A DNA stretch of 64,000 bases from the human T2T-CHM13v2.0 reference genome, Homo sapiens: the NCBI RefSeq assembly GCF_009914755.1, contig NC_060925.1. One strand, given 5' to 3'. Made by a program: the position numbers and the translations under genes. This document shows positions 55,696-64,000 of the stretch, piece by piece (positions within the stretch are counted from its first letter, which is position 1; every line of letters starts with the position of its first letter). The notes beneath the pieces were generated by a model. It saw only the letters and a program-made list of their open reading frames with translations, was not told where the DNA came from and made no database searches.

Positions 55696-56829
55696 GTTAA
55701 ATAAAACGAAGATCTCAATATTCTTCATCAGCAGATGGCAACAGAAAATAAGTTGCTGTTTTACTGCTTGGAAGTTGATCTGAGTGATTCATCCTAACAT
55801 TTCCTAGTTTAAGCTAGTTTTCATGACTGTACACATTCATTGCAGTGCTTTATAGGATTTAACTTGGATCATAGGCTATTTAATCAGATCTGTACTAATT
55901 AGAATCCAAAGTGCCTTATAATTATATTTTTGGAAAATGGTTTAGTAGGAAAAAAAAAGTCTTGAGAATCTCTAATGTTTAATAGTCAAAATCAAGATCC
56001 AATATAACAGGTTAAATTATTCCAAGGACAGTAGAGCACATGCTTACACATTAACAAGTAAAATGAGCTGCTCTCAAGCTTTTAAAGCAGGGATAGAAGT
56101 TAGGGAGGCAAAAAAGAAAGGTAATTAAAAATAGCAGCAGTTAATCATTTGGAGCAAATTACTCATGGAACATTCTGGGAACTATTATGAATTTAGTATT
56201 CATATTCAACTAGACTGAAAAAGGATGGAGGAAAACAATGAATAATAGTATTATTCTTAAGATATACAAGCTTCTTCATAGCTGTAGAGACTTCATTGGG
56301 CTTAATTTTAATTATGCAGAAAGACCAAAAATTCCAAGGAATTAAATAAATCAGTAATGCATGACATGTTATTAGCTTTGAATTAATAAAAAAGTATAAT
56401 TTTGCATTTGTTTAAACAGGAAAGTAGTTAACAGAACTCTTTAAAGAAGCAAGAATCAAATTTCAACCCAACACAACTCAAAAGTTTAAGCACTGTAAAG
56501 TAATACTGCATTGTCTACTATCTTAGATATTAAGGATTTGTCAGGACAGTAAAACATTCTGACATAGAGTAAAGAACACAGAAATAAGACTTGGCAAAAT
56601 TATTCCATAGACTAGGCTCCTGAATTGGTATTGGTTACTTATAGACATTAAAATATACATGGACTTTTTTTCTTTTTAATATTTACAGAGATTGATACGA
56701 TCTATATTAAGAATTAAGATAGTCAAAGGAGTTGTCAATAAAAAAATTATTCTTCTGGGCAAGAGGTAGTAACAGGGTTGAAACCTACTTTACTGTCTGG
56801 AAAAAAAACTAAAAATAATACATCAAGAC

Positions 56830-57012
56830 TTAGAAGATGTTTTCTGTAAAGGGGCAAATATAACATATTTCAGCTTTGAGGGATATTCACTTTCTGTTGC
56901 AACTATTTGACTATTTGACTCTGCTATTATATCTCAAAATCAGTCACAGACTATATGTAAGTGAATAGGCATTACCAAATTTGGCCTGTGAGCCATAGTT
57001 TGATGGCACATG
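56830..57012. mobile_element. MER58A-like hAT-Charlie element
   Basis: TTTTCTGTAAAGGGGCAAATATAACATATTTCAGCTTTG...ATTTGGCCTGTGAGCCATAGTTTG. Confidence 0.7.
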
Positions 57013-57029
57013 GAATATAGGAAACAATG

Positions 57030-59050
57030 TTTTTCATTTCAAAATATTGGAAACAAATAATAAAGGAAAGTCATTCCTTTGACATGGGAAACAAATGAAC
57101 TGAGTTTTTAAAAATTGTTATTTCCTCAGCTTATTATCTTTTCCAGACCATAATGAAAGGGTGGAGAATCCATGTTGAAACCTGGTGAGCCCTTACATTG
57201 AGATGCCAGAGTGAAGAGTCCAAGGAGACCTAGAGTTTGCAGGAAAAATAATAAAGAAGCTGGGAGAGGTAAGCAGAGAAGACCTCTGAAAATCTTCCAA
57301 ATATCTTAGTCAACTAGTTCACAGAGTGCTGACCCACACCTGCATGTGAGGAAACTATTGGATACAAAAGCAGGGGTGAGGTGGGGTGAGGGGGTAGAAT
57401 AGCACATGAAAAAAAAATAGAGGGAATGGGAAAGCAGTACCCAGAGCTCAGAAGGCCAGAAATAGTGCCTATTCCCCCAAGCCAGAATGGAAAGCCTCAT
57501 AATTCATGAAACATCAAATAGAGCACTTTAAAAAGCATCTTTCCTCCATAGTATGAGGCAGTTATCTCCAGAATAAATGCTACACTGGTTCTACCATTTG
57601 AAGGAAAAACTAAAAACAGAATGAAAACACCAAATTGTTTCCTAGTAACTTATGTGCAGCCCAGAACAAGGCTCAAAAATATATATGGTAATACAGAAAT
57701 ATTCCACCTGCAAAAGGCAAACTTCACAATGGTTGCCATTCTATAAAACTTTTCTAAGTATGGAAAAAAAGCAGGAAAATATAACCCCACAACTAACATA
57801 ATATAATTCAATACAAACAAACTCAAATTTGCAAAGATGTTAGAATTAGCACGCAAGGAAAATAAAAAAGTTGTTATAACTGTATTTTATTCAGAATGGC
57901 AGACATAACACTGAGCAGGTTAAATAGAGACATGGAAGACATAGATGTTTTTAAAAATGACCCAGCTTCTAAAAATGAAAACCAAATTTCTGTACTGACA
58001 GTAATACTGCATAGAAATAAAGGTAGCTTAGACATTACAGGAGAAAGTATTAGTAAACTTGATAACATAGCAACAGAAACTAGCTGCAGAGAAAGAGGAT
58101 GCACTCAAAAAAATCTACAGAGTATCACTAAGTTGTGGGAAAGCTTTATGTAGCCTAAAATACATGTCCATGATACATATTTTACACACACACACACACA
58201 CACATATATAATTGTATTGCTGCACACACACACACATACTGTGTTAGTCTGCTTTGCATTGCTATAAAGGAATACCTAGGACTGTATTATAAAGAAAAGA
58301 GGTTTATTTTGGCTCACAGTTCTGCTCTTCAGGCTATACAGAAAACATAGTGCTGACATCGGCTTCTGGTGAGGTCCTCAGAAAGCTTACAGTCATGGTG
58401 GAAGGTAAAGGGGGAGCTGGCATATCACATGGCAAGAGAGGAAGCCAGAGAAATGTCATCCTCTTTTAAACAACCAGCTCTTGTGTGAACTAAGAGTGAA
58501 AACTCACTCAGCACCCAGGTGATGGTGTTAAGCCCTTCAATATGGCTCCACTCCTATGACCCAACACCTCCCGCTAGGTGCCACCTCCAACACTGAGGAT
58601 CATATTTCAACATGACATTTGGAGGAAAAAAACATGCAAACCATATAATATACATATACATAATTTCCATATAATAACCATATATAAATAAACCATATCC
58701 ATATAATAATCCATATACAAATAAACCATATAATATACACATATATATACATAAATTGGATAAAAACTCTGCGGTCACGAATGCAGGAAAAATAATGATT
58801 TCCAAGGATAAAAATCATGAGGAAAACTACAAAAAGGCACATCATAATCTAATTGCACAAAATCAGTGATAAATAAAAAAAAATCTTCAAAGCAACCAGA
58901 TTTTGAAAAATAATGGTAGGTGCAGTGAAATAAATATATGACAATGCATCATGCTTATTGGAAATAATGCAAATGAAAAGGTAGTGGAGCAGCAAAATAT
59001 GAAGAACAGTAAACAAGTAAATAGCAAAGAACATTAGAGATTGTAACAAC
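57030..59050 (+). mobile_element. Old L1ME/MD-type 5'UTR/ORF1 fragments, interrupted by an MST LTR
   Basis: ORF 57896-58153 resembles degenerate ORF1 coiled-coil sequence; AGGCACATCATAATCTAATTGC...AATCTTCAAAGCAACCAGA is an ORF1 motif. Confidence 0.6.
58240..58648 (-). mobile_element. MSTB-like solo LTR
   Basis: TGTGTTAGTCTGCTTTGCATTGCTATAAAGGAATACC...CAAACCATATAA; TSD CATAC/TATAC. Confidence 0.88.
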
Positions 59051-59273
59051 AATTATAAGAACATTTTTTATATTATTTCTAAAAGTTAACAGGAGCAAAA
59101 AATAGCAAAACTCATAGGCATATGAGGAAATTACATGTATGTTATAACAGCTTTCAGAAACAGGAACCTAGTGGTCCTTATAAGAGTCAAAAAAGAAAGT
59201 AAGAAATTCAGGAGTCCCTCAACTTATATGTTAGAATTAGATTTTTTTTCAGAAGATAAAAACAATTTAGAGC

Positions 59274-59478
59274 ATGTGTTGGCAAACTAGAGTCCAGAGG
59301 ACAAATATGTCCAACTGAATATTTTTGCAAATAAAGTTTTACTGAGATATATTTTTAATGTGTTATCTCTGGCTCCTCTCACACTACAATGGCATAGTTG
59401 TGCAGTTGTGAACAAAGACGGTATGGTTTCCAAAACTGAAAATATTTATTAACTTTTACATAAAGTTTACTAACCCCT
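59274..59478. mobile_element. MER58A-like hAT-Charlie element
   Basis: CATGTGTTGGCAAACT...GCAAATAAAGTTTTACTG...AAAGTTTACTAACCCCT; degenerate TIRs. Confidence 0.7.
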
Positions 59479-59639
59479 AAAACATTTAAAATATTTTTAT
59501 TTCTCCTCTCTTTCAAAAATTTCATAGGCTCAACTATTACAGAAAATGTAAATTAGATAAAATTTACATACCCTTAAAGTTATTTGAATTCCCTGGGTAT
59601 TGCTCAGAAGATTGCATATAAAAATTGTATTTCTCTAAG

Positions 59640-59805
59640 CAGTGGTTTTCAATCTTGGCTACATACATATTTAACAATTCAAATGTCCAACCCATACTTC
59701 AGACTAATGAAAAGAGAATGAGTAGAAAAAAGAAGACACTATAATCAAGATTATTTTTAATGCACACCAGATAATTTCAATGAGCAGGCTAGATTAAGAA
59801 ATATA
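59640..59805. mobile_element. MER5-like hAT-Charlie element
   Basis: CAGTGGTTTTCAATCTTGGCTACA...CCAGATAATTTCAATGAGCAGGCTAGATTAAGAAA. Confidence 0.6.
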
Positions 59806-60616
59806 TCTTGGTAAAATATAATCTCTTTGCTCCTTCTATAATGTTCAGGGCAAGTAATGCATAGCTAAAAATGGATAAATTAGTAGACAGTATACCTCCA
59901 AAGACAATATGCTACTGAGGCAACATACTACTGAGGTAATATTTTAAATCACAATTACATTGCTTAAGTCTGAAAAAGAAACTTTGATTTAGTGTGCATA
60001 CAGGTTTCAGGGAAAGATATGGGTAACTTGTACAAATTTTGTACGTTGATAATGTTTAGGTAAAAATTTTCAATTATCACTCTTTCATCTTATTTTATTT
60101 CCTTCAACTCTTAGCATGTGCGATCTTTAAAAACCTATTTGAAATATGAATTGACACAGAGAAAACAACATCATTTTTCTACATGGAAAGTTGTATTCTT
60201 TCAACCAAAGATAATATACAAACAAAAATAGAAAAGCAGCAAATCCTGGATTGCCAAGAAAAGAGATAAACTATTCTCTGTCCCTAATAAAGATGAATCT
60301 TCAGACAAAAAGAGTTATCTTTTGAAATACATGAAATTAGAGAAGGCGAAAACTGTTAGTTATAAAATCGTATATGGAAAAATGAATAAAGTCAAATGAT
60401 GAATCTTGAATATAAATTTATTAGGAATTCATTAATAGAGAAAGTGAGGTGCAATCTGAAAGTAAAAAAATTACATTATGTATCTCTAATGAGGAAAGCA
60501 TGTTCTTTGTTTTCTCAATGTTATTTTTGGAAATGTACTACAAACTGCAGAAAATAATATAAGGTTAAAGCTATAATACTATTATTGCTTAAACTGAAGA
60601 CCTTGGAAAAGTATAA

Positions 60617-60751
60617 ATGTTATAAAATTAACAAGTAATAATTAATAATATGACTTTTTTTCTGTACCAGAAGAAAAAAATAAGATATTGCCAAATTAAG
60701 TTGGTTCCAAGTTATAAAGAGAGGGGAATGGAAATGGTCATTTGAAGATTT
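60617..60751 (+). repeat. ~135-bp direct repeat, copy 1 (putative donor)
   Basis: Matches 62743-62882, with long shared blocks such as TGTACCAGAAGAAAAAAA, TAAGATATTGCCAAATTAAGTTG and TTCCAAGTTATAAAGAGAGGGGAA. Confidence 0.92.
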
Positions 60752-61694
60752 AAAACACATGTAATAGTAATATTAATGCTAAAAGTCATGTTAACAAAAA
60801 TAAAACAATAATAGAATTCATAATTCATAATTATAATTTCACAGGGATTTTCTCCTTGAAATAGAAATAAATTATTGAAATAAATTATTTCCCTTGAAAT
60901 TGAAATAAATCTCTATAAATAATTTTATAGAGATTTTTCTCATTGAAATTGAAATAAATGACTTTTTTTGCTATAAATATTGAATCTAGTTTACAAATAT
61001 GCAACTTAATGAGAATTACAACCTGTATGAGGAGAAATAGGCTTCATTTTTTTGAAATATATACACTCATGAGACTGATGAGTCAGTAAGGGGAAGGTAA
61101 TTTTGTAGCCTAAAAGGAATCATAACCTCTTCCAGTTTATTCAATTTCTTGTGGATAAATATTTTTTCATAATTTATCTCTGGACTTTTAAATTTTTTTT
61201 CTAGGTTCAAATAAAATTTGTATAAGCTCAGGTCCTTATGAGAGAGACATTTGCTACTGCACACTATTTTTTTCAATCTTCACTCAATGAGCTGAATTGC
61301 TTTATCTATTAGTACCTTGAGTACCTGGGGTATCCTTCAGTTCATCTGCAGATAGGTGTTCACATACAGGTAACTCACAGTATCTTCTCTCACATGATCA
61401 TTTTCTACCCATAGACCCCATTCTGACTCTGTATCTCCTCAAGTTTTCAAAGGCAGTGTTGATGATCTGAAAGAAGTCACCTCCTCTATGTGAACCAAAT
61501 TATTGCTTCTCAAGTAATAGACAAGGAAACAGCAGTATTAGACCCTAGATAATTAAACAGAGAACACTGGAATTTACATGACTGTAAATTAATTATACTT
61601 AATACATATAGAGAAATAAAATCAGTAATTAAAAACATGAGAAAGAGGAAGATATCCTTAAAAAGGATCTGGCTGATGTTGAAAATAACTTAAT

Positions 61695-62160
61695 TCTGAG
61701 TAGCTGGCCATTCATGTTCATAACAGAAAGGGTACAAAATGGTCGAATAGGTCTCTCCAGCAAACATTTATCTGCAGAAACATTTATTTGAAAAACTAAA
61801 AACATGTACAAAAATACCTTCACGGGAGCTAATAAGACCACGTAAGAGGTCACAGTACCTGGTTATAATAAAATAATAAGAAAAAGCACATTAAAGAAGG
61901 TGGGAAGGACAGTTTTACATTATGTGGACCCTCCTCCAACCTCAGGAAGCACAGCATGGACAGAGATACCATCTGACTGGGGAAGAGAGAGGGAAATGAG
62001 CATAGGGGTTAATTAGTTGGACCCTAACACCAGGCTTGCTACAGTAAAACCTAGGTTGGTCAGACTCTCATGGCCTCTGACTCCAGGCCAGTACCCATGG
62101 ACTGAGCTTTTAGATCTGCCTCAGTGCCAGGTGGGAGCCTATACACACTGTGAGGCAGAT
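61695..62160 (+). mobile_element. Old L1 5'UTR fragment (L1M3-like; tentative)
   Basis: AAAAATACCTTCACGGGAGCTAA...GAAGGTGGGAAGGACAGTTTTACATTA resembles L1M-class 5' ends. Confidence 0.5.
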
Positions 62161-62194
62161 TTAATTTTCTATAAATTATAAATAAAAATTCTAT

Positions 62195-62900
62195 ACATAA
62201 TGGAAAACAGCATGGAAGTCCTCAAAAATTAAAAATAGTACTACTGTATGATCCAGCAATCTTACTTCTGTGTGTTTATCCAAATAAATTATAATTAGAA
62301 TCTCTAAGAAATAGAGACACTATTTCATTGTGGCACTATGCACAATAGCCCAAGTTGTGAAAACGACCTGGAAATGTCCATTGACAGATGAATGGATAAA
62401 GAAAATTTAGTATACAAATAAACTGAAATACTATTCAGCCTTAAAAAAGAGAAATTTTCAACATGTGACCACATGGATGAACCTTAAGGACATTAGGGTA
62501 AGGGAAATAAGCCAGTCACAGAAAGGTGATAAATACTGCAGGATTCCACTTATCTGAGGTATCTAAAATAGGAAAACTTGTATAATCACAGACTGGAATG
62601 GTAGTTGCCAAAGGCTGAGAGAAGGGGGAGATATGTAACTATTAATCAATGAGCATAAGATTTTAGTCAAGCAAAAGGAATAAGCTCTAGGGATGTGCTG
62701 TACAACATTGTAATTATAATTAACAATAATGTACTATACTCGATGTTATAAAAAATTAGCAACTAATAATTAATAATATGACTCTTTTTTATGTACCAGA
62801 AGAAAAAAAAATAAGATATTGCCAAATTAAGTTGTTTCCAAGTTATAAAGAGAGGGGAACAGAAATGGTCATTTGAACATTTGTTGAGACGATTAAAAAA
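62195..62900 (+). mobile_element. L1MA9/L1MB1-like 3' end
   Basis: ATGGAAAACAGCATGGAAGTCCTCAAAAATTAAAAATAG...AATGTCCATTGACAGATGAATGGATAAAG...GAATAAGCTCTAGGGATGTGCTGTACAACATTG. Confidence 0.85.
62743..62882 (+). repeat. ~135-bp direct repeat, copy 2, embedded in an L1MA 3'UTR
   Basis: Same sequence as 60617-60751 with scattered substitutions and homopolymer length differences. Confidence 0.92.
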
Positions 62901-62939
62901 ATGCCAATACATACACACACACACACACACACACACACG

Positions 62940-64000
62940 CCCCTCAAGTAATTCTAAAGATGACAGAAAAAGAGGGCAAAAACACAAGAAAGATTAACAA
63001 AATAGAATATATCGATAAAGATGGAAGATTTTAATCTGGCCATATAAAAATTACCTTAAATACAAATTATCTAAACAATAAAATACAGAGGTTATCAAAT
63101 TGGTTAAATAATTGAGGGCCAACTCTATGCTATATTTAATAAACCAATTGTAAATACAAAGACAAAGTAAGTTTCAAAGTAAAATCATGGGAAAATATAT
63201 ACCACATCAACATTAACCAAAACAAAGCTGAAATAACTATAGTAATATTAGTCGAAGTAAAGTTTAGAAAAAGGAAATATTGCCAGTAATGAAGCAGGAC
63301 ATTGTATAACAATAAATTGGTCAATTCTGGAAGAAGAACTAACAATTCTAAATGTTTATACACCTAACAACAGAACTTCAAAAATAAATAAATGTAAAAA
63401 CCTCAGAGAATTGAAAATAAAAGCTGAAAGTTCACAATTATAGTCAAGACGTCAACACTCCTCTCTCAGTAGTTGATAGAACCAATATACACAAGTAGAT
63501 TGAATACACACAAATGATAGAAGCCATATAACCAAGTAAGATTATAAAAATATCTGAAAAACACTATCAACCAACTTAATCTAATGACATTATTATAATA
63601 TACTGACCACAACAGGGGAAAGTATATTTTTTCCCATCTGCATATGACAAAGTCATCAACATATACAGTATTCTGTGCCATAAAATATACTTTAACAAAA
63701 GTTAAATAATATAAATTACATCATGTATATTTTTGATTCATAACCAAATTATACTTGAAATCAGTAACAGAAAGATATCTTTACAATTCTCAAATATCTT
63801 AGCATGAAACACAGTTCTGAGTAGCACATTGGTCACAGAGAAAACCACAAAGGAATATAGAAAAAAAGGTTTAATTCTAAGCAAATAAAAATGCAACATA
63901 TCGAACTGTGTGGAATGCAGAAAGAGCAATGTTTAGAGGGATGTTTATCGCATAAAAGGCTTATATTGGAAAAGAAGTAAGGTCTCGAGTCATTGATGTA
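62940..64000 (+). mobile_element. Old L1M ORF2 endonuclease-region fragment; continues past the window end
   Basis: ACAATTCTAAATGTTTATACACCTAACAACAGAACTTCAAAA and GACGTCAACACTCCTCTCTCAGTAGTTGATAGAAC are degenerate EN-domain motifs. Confidence 0.8.

Noticed and set aside
61067-61276. 69-aa minus-strand ORF, + strand acceptor-like TTTTTTTCTAG and an AP-1-like TGAGTCA
   Set aside because: Isolated short motifs without supporting gene structure.

Overview
Primate (very likely human) genomic DNA: AT-rich, with no recognisable host gene, and mostly made of interspersed repeats. I found no supportable host protein-coding gene, RNA gene or CRISPR array. The long ORFs are LINE-1 ORF1/ORF2/ORF0 remnants, LTR/Alu read-throughs or chance ORFs. 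Two old, near full-length L1 hosts dominate, an L1MA2-like element (~20.3-36.1 kb) and an L1MC1-like element (~38.4-51.6 kb). They contain nested younger insertions: Alu, THE1/MST/MLT1 MaLRs, Tigger2a, an ERV1 LTR and L1PA2-13 copies. Four structures stand out. (1) A TSD-bounded L1PA7-like insertion at 25069-27931 combines a 5' inversion, an ~860-bp 3' transduction of non-L1 DNA, and a later ~470-bp inverted duplication that copies its own inversion junction. (2) An L1PA3 at 47175-49100 has an essentially complete 5'UTR inverted and fused directly to its 3' end, with ~4 kb missing, so the antisense promoter and ORF0 remnant face the element's own polyA signal. (3) A young 453-bp inverted L1PA2 has a perfect 16-bp TSD. 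(4) An ~135-bp locally templated insertion (60617-60751 copied to 62743-62882). I found no evidence for a new biological system; these are unusual instances of known retrotransposition and repair mechanisms. Subfamily names come from recalled consensus diagnostics and need RepeatMasker/Dfam confirmation; boundaries of old elements are approximate.
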